Shown here in pieces: positions 48,815 through 59,976 of a DNA stretch of 64,000 bases; the stretch's first letter is position 1; each line of letters opens with the position of its first letter. The translations under genes were made by a program, and so were the position numbers. The stretch is from an uncultured Marinilabiliaceae bacterium (GTDB taxonomy: Bacteria; Bacteroidota; Bacteroidia; Bacteroidales; VadinHA17): positions 67,390 to 131,389 of the forward strand of contig CALOBV010000024.1 of the NCBI GenBank assembly GCA_942491535.1. Reading direction: 5' to 3'. A model generated the notes under the pieces. It worked only from the letters and a program-made list of their open reading frames with translations, was not told the origin of the DNA and did not search any database.

Positions 48815-50245
48815 TCAATTACTGCCTTCTCTCACAACCACATATTTAGAAACACAGGCTTCCCTTATATTACCATCCTGGTCTGGATTAGCTGTTACAA
48901 TCAACTGTACAACAAATGTACCAGGGCTTGAAAATACCTTTTCGGTATTAAGACCTGTTGCTATTGTACCATCATCAAAATTCCAGTAATATTTATTTAT
49001 CTCCCACCCGGGCAGATTAGTCTTCCCTGCATCAAAGCTTATTCTCTGTCCCACAGTGCATGTATCAGGTGATGTGATATAAGCTTGTTCTGTTTTTACA
49101 ATATCCAGCAGAGTGCTTTTTTCGTTATACTTTATCTCACCCGTTACCTTATCGATCACATTTAGTTTTACAATATATATTCCCGGCTTCTCAAAACAAT
49201 GCTCTGTAAGAACTCCTGTACCCTTTAGTCCATCATCAAAGTCCCACTCGTAATCGTAGGGCATAGAATCAAACTTCTGGGCATTCTCTTCATAAAACTC
49301 ATAACAGAACTGATCTTCCACCTGTGGATTGCAATTATTTTTTCTTATTATCAGAGAAGTAAAACGATATATATCATCTGTTCTTTCCCTGTTGGAGGTA
49401 AAGAAACCATCAGATGTACCAGCCTCGGTGATATAAGAAAAATCATCTGCTCCCGAATTTATTGGCTCAGGTAAAAGACTTGCCTCTTTCCACCGGCCAT
49501 ACCTGAGTGTTGAAGAATAAAGGTCCAGACCTCCAATCCCACCAGCCCTGTCGGAAGCAAAAAATAACTCTCCGGAAGGACTGTACCAGGGATACAAATC
49601 GGCAGCTGAACTATTTATTTCCGACCCGAGGTTGACCGGATCGGCCCATTCTCCGTTTACCCATTCGCAGTAGTATAAATCAGAGCCACCCTCTCCTCCT
49701 GGAATATCAGATGCAAAGAAAAGATATTTACCATCGCTGCTGATAAAGGGATGACCTACATTCCAGAGTGGATCATTATGCTTAAAAGGCCTGATATTTG
49801 TCCATGAGTCTCCCTGCTTATCTGCTATAAAAATACCACGATTATTATCAGCCCCCTGCTTTGTTGCTTCCTTGCCCTGCTTTACATTACTGGTATAATA
49901 AATCTGCTCCCCGTCGGGGCTGAAACAGAATGGTCCCTCGTTAGCCAGGGGACTCAGGTCCTTCGAGAAGACGCTTGCCCTTCCCCACTCCATGGTATCC
50001 TTCCTGAAAGCATAATATATATTATATAAGAGGGTACGGTCAAATGTTCTAACATCACTGATAGCTGATATCCTCCTGTCTGAACAGAATGCAATACCAT
50101 CTTTAGTAAGAACCGGTGACATATCATTGAATATCCTTGAGCTTACAGGAACTTTCTCAATCCTGTAAGTATCACCCTCCTGTGCACCTGCATGGCTTAC
50201 AGAAAAAATAATTACAATTGATAATATGTAAACTCTGATACTCAT
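48815..50245 (-). CDS. PD40 (TolB-like beta-propeller) repeat protein with two C-terminal PKD domains
   Basis: The likely start is MSIRVYILSIVIIFSVSHAGAQ at 50245. PD40 repeats include FSPDGEQIYYTSN, ISSDGKYLFFASD and YSPSGELFFASDR. PKD motifs are YEWDFDDG...GIYIVKLNV and YYWNFDDG...GTFVVQLIV. Confidence 0.8.
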   Translation of the reverse strand: MSIRVYILSIVIIFSVSHAGAQEGDTYRIEKVPVSSRIFNDMSPVLTKDGIAFCSDRRISAISDVRTFDRTLLYNIYYAFRKDTMEWGRASVFSKDLSPLANEGPFCFSPDGEQIYYTSNVKQGKEATKQGADNNRGIFIADKQGDSWTNIRPFKHNDPLWNVGHPFISSDGKYLFFASDIPGGEGGSDLYYCEWVNGEWADPVNLGSEINSSAADLYPWYSPSGELFFASDRAGGIGGLDLYSSTLRYGRWKEASLLPEPINSGADDFSYITEAGTSDGFFTSNRERTDDIYRFTSLIIRKNNCNPQVEDQFCYEFYEENAQKFDSMPYDYEWDFDDGLKGTGVLTEHCFEKPGIYIVKLNVIDKVTGEIKYNEKSTLLDIVKTEQAYITSPDTCTVGQRISFDAGKTNLPGWEINKYYWNFDDGTIATGLNTEKVFSSPGTFVVQLIVTANPDQDGNIREACVSKYVVVREGSN

Positions 50246-50249
50246 TCCA

Positions 50250-51216
50250 TTAGAAATATCTTGGGTTAGCTGCTGACACCTTCTTGCCAAAATCAAATCT
50301 CAATGCAATCTCATGCGTGCCCCCAATAAAACTACTTATATCACCAAGGCCAATATCATATGAATAGCCCAGTCGTAACTGCTGTGCTGAGCTGGAGTTC
50401 AAGAAGAGCAACCACTGCTTCTTCGCCAATTCTCCATGATCCTCCGATCCATAGAAAATCATATATTATAAAGTTACTGTTCAGGTCTAACCTTAGATTA
50501 CCCGACAGGTTATACTTTGCCATTACAGATGGCTTGAACTTAATTTCTTCAGTGAAAGATATCAGGGCGCCTGCTGAAAATAGGACATCATAATAACCCG
50601 GGTCAATAGCCATTGCATAATCTGCCGACAGGGTGTCCGACTGATATGTTAAAGAGCCGGTACAGCTACTCCTGCAAAAAATTTCGGGTTCGCATAATAA
50701 ACACCAAAGCCCAACATTGGGAAGCATATATGACTCCTCTCCCACATTATTAAAAGCATTGTCGTTGGGGTCTGTAGTTATTACCCCGGTATAGTCGGTA
50801 CTTATCATATCCACTCCACCTTTTAAGCCCAGCGACCACTTCCCCTTATCTGTATTAATATGGAATGCATAGTAGGCAAAGGCACTTGTCTGCTTTGTAA
50901 CACCATAGGTGATATGATTTACAGACAGTCCAAGAGCCACTCTTTCCTTTTTTAGTGGAGAATGAAGTGATAGCGAAGCCATGGTACTTTCACCATCGAA
51001 ACCCAGCATACGCTTACGAGCCGATAGAGAAATAGAAAGTGCATCTCTTGTTCCGGCATAGGCAGGATTAATTACAAGTCCATCCAGAAGGTACTGGCTA
51101 TATAAGGGAACAAGGTTTGTTACCGGGTAGGGACCTCCATTATCGTCCTGGGCAAACATTGCAGGAGTAATGCAAATTCCAATTACAAGAATTAATATAT
51201 ATCTAATCTTTGCCAA
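50250..51216 (-). pseudogene. PorP/SprF-family type IX secretion membrane protein, one frameshift near 50385-50395
   Basis: The 286-aa ORF (LYSQYLLDGLVINPAYAG is typical of PorP/SprF) loses frame at ...VALLELQLS. The family C-terminus (QQLRLGYSYDIGLGDISSFIGGTHEIALRFDFG) continues in the 70-aa ORF 50250-50462. Confidence 0.8.
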
Positions 51217-54200
51217 TACTTCTCTTAATTATAATATATCCTTTATACTGTCTTGCATCAGGCTCCTTAATTCGAAGGAAATAATAATATGTTCCATCAG
51301 GAAGGTAATCACCACTGGTACTGTTTCTCCCATCCCATTCATTATGATATTCCTTGTTTTCATAAACTATTACTCCTGCCATATCAGTAACCACCAGCTC
51401 TGCCTTTACCGACTGATTTTCAAGACCCGTAACTGTAAAATTATCGTTTACTCCATCCATATTCGGCGAATATCCTGATGGTACAATAAGGGTAGTTACC
51501 GTAAGCATTACCGTATCTGATACTTCCATGCAATATTCGCCATTTGTTACTGTCCACCTCAAAACGTTAACTCCGTCTATAAGACCGCTTACCTCACTAA
51601 GATTACCATCCTCCGGGAAGAAGTCCTGCCCGTTGTCAGGCTCTGCTGTCCAGATTCCTGATCCCGCCGATGCGGGATTGGCATTCAAAGCATATTTTGT
51701 TGTAAGTGGAGGAAGTGTTTCTCCGGTGCCTGCGTCTACCGGGCCGGGTTGCTCCCAGAAAGTAATATCTATTGTGGTAGCATTTGTACAAATTACATTG
51801 GTCTCCTCCCAGGTAAATGTATATGTTGCATTCTCATCAACAGTAACCGTGGTAGTGGCAGTGGCAGTGGCAGAGCCGGCCGGTAATATTGATGCATCGG
51901 GACATGACCACAGACCTGTTCCGACACTTGGTGTTGCCTCAAGTGCAACGACATCCCCGCAAATATTATCAGGTGTGGCAGCACTGATTGTCGCCGTAGG
52001 TACTGTATAAACCCTTAGATTCGGAGTCCCTGTCATATCGGTAGCAACACAGTTATTATCATCAATAAGTGATGTAAACTGGTAAGTGTAATCCGTAAAT
52101 TCTCCTGTTGATCCGGGATTAAAAGTATAGTCGTATATATCTGTTGTGGCTGTAAATGTCAGTGTGCCGCCATTACCATCGTTAAGGACCACATCATATG
52201 GGGCCTGACCTTCAGCAGTCATATCAAGTGTTATTGTTACATCATCTTCTGCGCATGCATCTGCTACTGATATACCTGTTATAGATCCTATTGGCAGTTC
52301 ATAGATATCAACGAAGATGGCATTGGAGATGCTTGTATCGCAACTATTCGATATAGGTGACGTGACAACCCTCCTGTAATACATAGGCACCGTTAATGCT
52401 CCCGGGTCATAATCTATGTTTGTATTTACACCGCCGGTGGCAGAAACCCAGCTACTGTTGTCGGTACTCTCTTCCCAGAGATAGCCGTAAGATCCATCTC
52501 CTCCCTCTGGAAAGGGGGCCGTTATAGGTATCAGCAACCCGGTATTTTTGCAGATTGTCTGGTCGCCCGAAATAGTATTTCCCTCAATATCAGGAAGCAC
52601 TGTTATTGTTATAGTATCACTTATACCTGTTGATGCTCCTGATGTAACAATTCTCCTGAAATAATATGTTGTAACTGTAAGGGAAGTCGTTGTAAGGGCA
52701 GGTGGATCATAGTCCTGGTTTGTTATTACATCGTCAGCATCTTCAAAGTTTACATTATCTATACTCTTTTCCCACTTATATACATAAGTCACCTCATCAC
52801 CACCGGTAGGCTGTGAGCCTTCAAACAAAATTATATCCTGGTTATTACAGATAATTGTATCATTTGCCCCTGATAAAAGGTTGATTGTATCATTGCTGAT
52901 TGCCGGATTTACCTCTATAAATACCGTATTACTGATATCCTCGCAGTCGCCCCGGGTGATAATTCTCCTGTACCAGGTGCTATCATTAAGATTTGGAGGC
53001 TGGTAGGTTTCCTGGTCAAATGTACCACCTGCTGTTGACCAGTCTTTGATCTTAGTGCTGTCCTGCCACTCATAAATCTCAGTTTCATTTAGATCTCCCC
53101 CACCTATAGGTTCCCCCAATCAGTAGTCCAACAGGATCACCTTCTGAGGTTGTCTGGATTGCACTATATTATAGTTATGCCGATAATATCAGACCATACC
53201 TTAAGTGTAACTACATTGGATGAATCGTAGCAGACTTCATTGGCCCCCGACCATATATATCGTCGTATAAGTGTATCCTGGTTATATGTATAGCTTAACT
53301 GGTTGGGATCATATCCCTCCTGATCAACAGTACCAGCAGCAGCAACCCACTTTGTACCATTAAAAACCTGCCACTGGTATCATAGGTTCCCGGACCATCA
53401 CCACCATCAAGAGTTGCTGTCTCGGCAAGAGGAACAAAAAGGCTGTCTTCACAAACTTCCTGGGACTCACCTATGCTATTATCTGTTATTGATGGCAATA
53501 CCGTAACTGTTACAATGTTTGATGTATCTGAACACCTACCGGACTGCACCGCACGATAATAGTAGGTAGTTATTCCCAGCGGATCGGGATTAAAATCACG
53601 TTCATCATTTGTTTCGGTCGGAATACTCCAGGTATCATAATCAGTATTATTTACTGTCGACATTCTCCACGAGAATGTCGAATCAGGATTACCGCAGAAT
53701 CGATAGTTCCGCCGCCCAGAATACCTATTGGCAAAAGTGCATCAGGATCCTGGTTCCAGCAGATAATAGTATCGTATCCAATAACATTTCCGGTGATCAG
53801 TGGCTGTACAATAATGGTCACCTCCTTGCTGACATCTATTACCTTTGGATTCTGGTTCCGATCAAACACAACTCTTTTAAAAGAAACCGTATCATCTTCT
53901 GCCACAGTAAGATCAAGATCCTTGCCCGTCTCTCCGGGGATGGTGTCCCAGACTATATCACTGTCTTTCTTTCTGATCCATTTAATATCGTAAATCCCGC
54001 TACCTCCTGTGGGCTCACTACCGATAATTTCAGGAGCTGAATCTCCATAACATATGGTATCACTCCTGAGTTTGGTTTCGTCAGACACAATTGTATTAAA
54101 AAGGAAAGCCGTTCAGTCTTATTAGTAAGGTATCTGCGATCTTCTCTCCTTCTAATCCGGATGGGATACCTGATCCCATCCCAGGTAATTTGTGAGCTCC

Positions 54201-55491
54201 TTCCTCTCCCGGTTCTACTGAGCTTGCTACTCCGAATAGGGTACAATATCCTTATTGGTAAAAATTAATCCTCCGCTTCCTCCGCCACCCTGTCCGTTAA
54301 AATTCCTTGTATGACCTCCGTTTCCGCCATTTGCAGTAATTGTAAGTGCCGATGAAATACTGTAATTAGCTGATATTACTATTGCTCCGGCTGCTCCACC
54401 ACCGCCTGCACCTCCATCATTTTCTGCAACTTCACTATCAGGTACAGACTCACCATTTGATATAATTGAATTTCCATTACCGAAAATAGTATCTGCAAGA
54501 ATTATTATAATTCCTCCTCCTCTTCCCCCGTCAGAACCAATATCAGATCCTCCCGATCCACTTCCACCGGCTCCACCGCCACCACCCATTACAATCGGGT
54601 TATACCTGCTTGTCACCCATACAGAAAGAGCATTTTCTCCGGGGAATCCACCTCCATAGCTGTTGAAATCTAGATCTGGTCCACCCTGGCCTCCAGTTGC
54701 GTAGCTACTTCCTCCCCCACCTCCTGCAAAACGACCATTTCCTCCTCCACCACCATTACCAAATCTACCCTTGCCCCTTGCATAATCGTCATAATTAAAG
54801 GGCGTTGCAGAAATAATATGACTACCAATTCCTTTACCTTTTCGGGCCGACCTTATTTTCCGCTTCAATAAAGTCAAAAAGATCGGGGTCAACATCCCGC
54901 TGACGGTATTGCGAGACCCTGTATTATATCCGTAACCCCTCCCTCAAATCCTTTTTCACTTACGTCTATATTATCGTTAAGGTAAACATTATTGTCAGCC
55001 AGGAAGGTTAATACGCCTCCTGTTCCGGTAGATGAGTTCCAGGCATCGCAGGTTAGAGGTCCATCAATCAGAACATTTTCGTATGGAGTGAATTTTACCA
55101 GCTGAACATAAGAATCAGGGTCGTAGGATCCCAGCAGATCATTTTTAAAGGTTATTCTATCCGGAGATGTGCTTACTGCATCAATAACAATAAACTCGTA
55201 GTAACCATAATCTCCTATTGAGCTATTTATCCATGATCCATATATTGAGCCGCCAACGCTTAACTCAGCTCCTTTCATTTGTATAATCAGAACCTTCTCA
55301 TCGGGCACAAAACCCGCCGCATTGTCGGCAAGCTCAATCTCATCCGGACCAATAATGGCTGTAACCTTACTATAGCTGTTAATTGTACCGCTAATATTAG
55401 TTACCTGAGCATATCCTTCTGGTACCAGGAAACATAGCAAAAAAAGACTAAAAATCAGGTAGTAAATATATAGTCGGCCGCTTCTTTTCAT
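51203..55491 (-). pseudogene. Large T9SS type-B (gliding-motility C-terminal domain) cell-surface adhesin, fragmented by at least seven frameshifts
   Basis: The signal peptide is at 55491 (MKRSGRLYIYYLIFSLFLLCFLVPEGYAQ). A Gly-rich beta-helix-like segment spans 54227-54895. Repeats of the type Y.W..S.D...W......Y.P..L...T.YRR.V.SG.C follow. The C-terminal sorting domain is SPNMDGVNDNFTVTGLE...GTYYYFL...KGYIIIKR. Hand translation needs frame changes near 54890, 54230, 54100, 53690, 53380, 53185 and 53115, the last in a G5 run. Confidence 0.8.
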
Positions 55492-55610
55492 TAGCTTTTT
55501 ATTCAACAATGCTAATATAAGTAAAATCCAATACTATTCAATCCTGCCATACTAATTTAGATAGCAGAATTAACAAACAATATATACGTTTTATACGACG
55601 GGCAAATGAA

Positions 55611-58600
55611 TTAGTTTCCAGTTGTTGATAAGATTGGAAACTCGACAAAAAAGGTGGTTCCCACACCTACTTTTGATTTGTACGTAATAGTTCCATTTGC
55701 AGATGCTACAATCCTTTTTACAATAGCCAGGCCTATACCCATACCTGAGGATTTTGTTGTGAATGTTGGCATAAATAATTTTTCGCCGACTGAATTCGGG
55801 ACTCCCACCCCATTATCCTTAATACTTATCCGGGCCTTATTGCCTGATACTTCCAGTGATACTTCAACCAGTCCTTTTTTATTTGACGGGATGGACTGAA
55901 CTGCATTCCTGATAACATTGGTAAGCATGCTCTTTATCTGTTCCTTATCGGCCAGGATGAAAACTTCTTTAATCCCTTCACAATTGCAAACAATATCAAT
56001 ATTTCTGATATTTTCAAACAGGTCGACCGAACTTTTTAACTTACTTACCAGGTCCATCTTCTGTGGATTTGCTTTTGGCATCCTTGCGAAGCTTGAAAAC
56101 TCAGTGGCAATAGATGATAAGTTATCGATATTATCAATCATATTCTCACTAAATTTTTCAATTCTCTGATCAAAGTCGCCGGGCTTATCCTTCCATGTTT
56201 TAAGAAGTTGCTGAACATTCAGCTTCATTGGAGTCAGAGGATTCTTTATTTCATGAGCTATCTGCTTGGCCATATCACGCCATGCATCTTCCCTTTCCGA
56301 CCTGGCCAGTTTAATCGCACTAATATGTAGCTGTTCCAGCATATCATTATATTGATTTACCAGCTCAGATATTTCATCATGACCACTATATTCAAGCTTA
56401 TTTGATTCACTGTCCAGTGAAACAGATGCCAGGCCTTCTTTCAGCATCCTCAGGGGATTAGTTATCTGCAGGGCAATAAAGACTGCAAAACCCATAGAGA
56501 TTACTATCAGAACAAGTGAGAAATTAATAATGGTAACAACCAGATTTGATATCTCCTCAGAAAGCTCGTTCTGAATTGCAAAATATGGCAGGTTAAGGTA
56601 TGCCAGCACCTCATTCCTGTAGTTAAGAAAGGGTGAATAGGCTGATAGGTATGTTAGTTTCCCCACCTTTTCCTCCTGGATAAACTGTGACTCTCCAAAG
56701 TAATTAAGCTCTGAAAACGCCCTGTAGTCCATTTTCTTACCTTTCAGTTCTTTGTCAAAAACTTCCCGCCTGGAACTTGCCAGCAATCTCCCGTCAACAG
56801 AGTAAAGGTTAAGATCGGTAAAAAATACATTGCTGAATTTTACAAGAAGGGCATCAAGGTCTGTATAATCATCCTGGCTCCAGTCGCTGGTTAATTGTTC
56901 TTCGTTCGACAACTTATGATCAAGCTCTATATAAACAGAACTAAGCTTCTCGCTAATACTGTCATAGTGCTTACTCCTGTACTCTGATATACTGAGCGAT
57001 ACAACTACTGATCCTATAGCAAAAATTGACCCCAGTAGCAGGAGGATAAAAGCATATTGAAGTTTTTGCCTGAAATCAAGGTGCCGTAAATTTACTCTGT
57101 CGGGCGGACTGAGTATTATAAGTGTAATAGTGAAAAGAACAAAGAATACAATAAAGATGTAGGTAAAATTGATCAGTACATTGTGAAACTTCAGTATTGG
57201 TCTGGCTATAACAACCGAAACCGTTGGCGAATGGTTATAAACCATGCAGTCGTGATCATTTTCCAGGAAGGAGGTGAAGTCTCCAATGTTTATACTATCA
57301 TACTTAAGGGCCATGGTAAATGGGTAATTACCAGTCTGCAGAACAAGTGAATCTCCTATATACTTGGCCATTGAATAATCCTTTGGAAGCAACGGGCTCT
57401 GGTATTTTCTATCCTTTAATAACTCCGGATATCCAGGTTGCACATAATCTAATTTACTTATCAAATCAATAAATAAACCTGTCTTTCCTCCATTATTAAA
57501 ACCATTATCCTGATCAAAGAACAGTGTAGCCAGGTAATAGGGTCTGCCCGATCTGTTATCAATCAGATAAAGACTGGAATCAATAAGCGGAATGCCGAAC
57601 TCTTCAAGCCGTGAATTAAAGAATTCAAAGCATAAAACTTCTTCTTCATCTGTATCAAGAAGAAGAGGCGAATCCCAGTTACACACTGTATATACTATAT
57701 CATATTGCTCCCAGTAACCGGTAAAATATGCTGAGTCGAGGTAACTATAGATCTCTGTAACATCACTTCCCAGGAAAAATTCCAGATTCATCATCGAGGC
57801 AAGAACAGTATCATTTTTCAATTTGTCCCAGTTGTCGATAACCAGCTCCTCAGCAACAGGATCATTATTTCCTATCTGAGATACGGCCATTACCTTAATC
57901 TTTTCGGTCTCAGCATCCCACATTTTGGTAGAAATAAACCAGGCCGAATAAATACCTGCAATCAACGACAGAGTAACAGTTGAAACAACGATTACAGACT
58001 TCCTGTTACGAAAAACCCAGATCATAAAAACCAGCAGGGCGAAGGCGATAAGGTGAAAAACGGGGTTCTCCTTATCTGCAATATATAAGACTAATAGTAA
58101 TATTATTGAAGGAGATAAGGCTATAAAAAGTACTTTGGGACTTATCTCAGAAAATGAAATCAATACCTTGATAAGATATATTAGCAGCACAAGCAGGAGA
58201 AAAGATGAAGCCAAAAATGATACAAGCGTAAAGCTATCAATATCAAGTATTTTGTAAAACTCAAAACTGATATTAGATGAATTTATAAAGGACTCCAGCG
58301 ACTGGCTAAATAAGTAGAAAAATAAAACGGAAGGAACCAGGTATAAGGAAAGCATGGCAAGACTTCTACGAGATGAAGGTTTATACCCATTAACCGGCCA
58401 CCATCTGTAAAAACTGTAGGCAATATAAAGCAGGAAGATATTTGCAAGCAGAATATGGCCTGGTGATGGTATAAGCTTACCTGCAGTGTATCTGTATGCT
58501 GAAAATATTGAGAGATTACTTATTATTTCCGGTTTACCGGTAAATAGAAACGCAAAATACAGTACTACGGATATAACAAGTGTAATCAAGACACCTATTC

Positions 58601-59300
58601 TTCCTTTATTTTTCTTTGCAATACTATCAGTTAAACGATTAATCAAATTTGCTGCAACAATAAAAAAGAACAGCCACAGAAGAAGGGGAATTATAACGAA
58701 CAGGGTGTTGAAATTCAATTCCTTATCGAAAACAATTGAGAATAAGTACTTCCCATCGATATTATAGACAGGATACCCCATATCGGGATCATGAGAAAAA
58801 ACTGCACCAGGAGGCAATCCATGTTTCTTCCAGAATCCTGATTTTATTAAGTTATTCTCAATACCGTAATCATAATAAATGTCTATTAAATAAATATTTA
58901 GATTTGCAGAATCGCTAATAGAGCCACTTACAAACCAACAATTCTGAATAAACTGAAATGGCGAATCCAGATCCAGGTCTTTACTATTATCCGGCAGCTC
59001 GAAGGTATTCTCAGACCACAAAACAAGTTTACCTTCTTTATATCTGGCAAATGACAAGCCTTCTGCTTCTGCAATATCCTTGAGTCTCTTAATGTCTTCT
59101 TTCGACAACCTGTCTTTTACTGCTATCTCCGAAAGGATCTCCATACCCTCCTTCTCGAGCTTATGCAGATTTCGGTTAAAACTCGATGCTTCTCTTCGGA
59201 ACTTTATATCACTTTTATATACCAGATCAGAAATAAGTACACCCGCAATTATCAGTATAAGATAAATTACACAATTCCTATTGCTTATTAAAAATTTCAT
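55611..59300 (-). CDS. Large polytopic sensor histidine kinase (multi-TM + extracytoplasmic region + HAMP + HisKA + HATPase_c)
   Basis: 1229 aa with about 8 or more hydrophobic segments. The HAMP-like linker is ITNPLRMLKEGLASV, the H-box is QIAHEIKNPLTPM, and the G-boxes are DNGVGV and GMGIGLAIVKRIV. Confidence 0.85.
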   Translation of the reverse strand: MKFLISNRNCVIYLILIIAGVLISDLVYKSDIKFRREASSFNRNLHKLEKEGMEILSEIAVKDRLSKEDIKRLKDIAEAEGLSFARYKEGKLVLWSENTFELPDNSKDLDLDSPFQFIQNCWFVSGSISDSANLNIYLIDIYYDYGIENNLIKSGFWKKHGLPPGAVFSHDPDMGYPVYNIDGKYLFSIVFDKELNFNTLFVIIPLLLWLFFFIVAANLINRLTDSIAKKNKGRIGVLITLVISVVLYFAFLFTGKPEIISNLSIFSAYRYTAGKLIPSPGHILLANIFLLYIAYSFYRWWPVNGYKPSSRRSLAMLSLYLVPSVLFFYLFSQSLESFINSSNISFEFYKILDIDSFTLVSFLASSFLLLVLLIYLIKVLISFSEISPKVLFIALSPSIILLLVLYIADKENPVFHLIAFALLVFMIWVFRNRKSVIVVSTVTLSLIAGIYSAWFISTKMWDAETEKIKVMAVSQIGNNDPVAEELVIDNWDKLKNDTVLASMMNLEFFLGSDVTEIYSYLDSAYFTGYWEQYDIVYTVCNWDSPLLLDTDEEEVLCFEFFNSRLEEFGIPLIDSSLYLIDNRSGRPYYLATLFFDQDNGFNNGGKTGLFIDLISKLDYVQPGYPELLKDRKYQSPLLPKDYSMAKYIGDSLVLQTGNYPFTMALKYDSINIGDFTSFLENDHDCMVYNHSPTVSVVIARPILKFHNVLINFTYIFIVFFVLFTITLIILSPPDRVNLRHLDFRQKLQYAFILLLLGSIFAIGSVVVSLSISEYRSKHYDSISEKLSSVYIELDHKLSNEEQLTSDWSQDDYTDLDALLVKFSNVFFTDLNLYSVDGRLLASSRREVFDKELKGKKMDYRAFSELNYFGESQFIQEEKVGKLTYLSAYSPFLNYRNEVLAYLNLPYFAIQNELSEEISNLVVTIINFSLVLIVISMGFAVFIALQITNPLRMLKEGLASVSLDSESNKLEYSGHDEISELVNQYNDMLEQLHISAIKLARSEREDAWRDMAKQIAHEIKNPLTPMKLNVQQLLKTWKDKPGDFDQRIEKFSENMIDNIDNLSSIATEFSSFARMPKANPQKMDLVSKLKSSVDLFENIRNIDIVCNCEGIKEVFILADKEQIKSMLTNVIRNAVQSIPSNKKGLVEVSLEVSGNKARISIKDNGVGVPNSVGEKLFMPTFTTKSSGMGIGLAIVKRIVASANGTITYKSKVGVGTTFFVEFPILSTTGN

Positions 59301-59310
59301 TTACCTAATT

Positions 59311-59784
59311 TTATTCATTGTGATATGGCAGGCCACCCAGTATTGATAGTGCCCGATACAGTTGCTCAACGAACAATAACCGTACCAACTGGTGTGAAAA
59401 AGTCATATCCGATAGTGATAAAACACTGTTTGCTATTCTCTTCAAATCTGAGTCTAAACCATAAGGACCTCCAATTACAAATACTATTCTCTTTGAGCTA
59501 CTAATAAACAAAAGGTCAAGCATTTCTGCAAAGCCTGTGCTGCTTAAGCTCTTGCCCTTTTCATCGAGAAGTATTATATAATCGCCTTTTAATAATTTTC
59601 CCTGTATTGCATCTCCCTCCTTCTTAATCTGCTCGCTCATATTTAAGGATTTCCTATTCTTCAGATCCGGAATAGTAACAGTCTCAAAAGACGCAAGCCT
59701 GTTTATACGCCTGACAAAATCATCTACTCCCTTTGATAGATAATCCTTGTCTGTTTTACCAAGCTGTAGTAAGACAATCTTCAT
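59311..59784 (-). CDS. rlmH: 23S rRNA (pseudouridine1915-N3)-methyltransferase RlmH
   Basis: 157 aa SPOUT protein with VFVIGGPYGL and the C-terminus FSHQLVRLLFVEQLYRALSILGGLPYH. Confidence 0.9.
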   Translation of the reverse strand: MKIVLLQLGKTDKDYLSKGVDDFVRRINRLASFETVTIPDLKNRKSLNMSEQIKKEGDAIQGKLLKGDYIILLDEKGKSLSSTGFAEMLDLLFISSSKRIVFVIGGPYGLDSDLKRIANSVLSLSDMTFSHQLVRLLFVEQLYRALSILGGLPYHNE

Positions 59785-59935
59785 AAAAAGACAGATAATA
59801 CAGTTATTAATTTATTATAAAATATCATTTTTGACTTATGTAAACATACAAATTAATGTACTTAAATATAAATTTTTAGTTCTTATATACAGGCATATAT
59901 TACGGGATGAGTTTCAGTAATTGATTATTTTCATA

Positions 59936-59943
59936 TACATTTG
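59936..59943 (+). promoter_or_regulatory. Candidate -7 box (TACATTTG) for the DUF4783-nadC-yihY operon
   Basis: TAnnTTTG match overlapping the TTG start used by the ORF track (59941). This favours the ATG at 59977. Confidence 0.55.
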
Positions 59944-59976
59944 TCTGACAAGGGGAATAGTACAAAATACTTCAAA

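Noticed and set aside
53953-54246. 97-aa ORF within the adhesin region as an independent gene
   Set aside because: Its arginine-rich translation is out of frame relative to the adhesin repeats. The sensible reading through this stretch uses other frames (FGVASSVEPGEEGAHKL..., then TAFLFNTIVSDETKL...).
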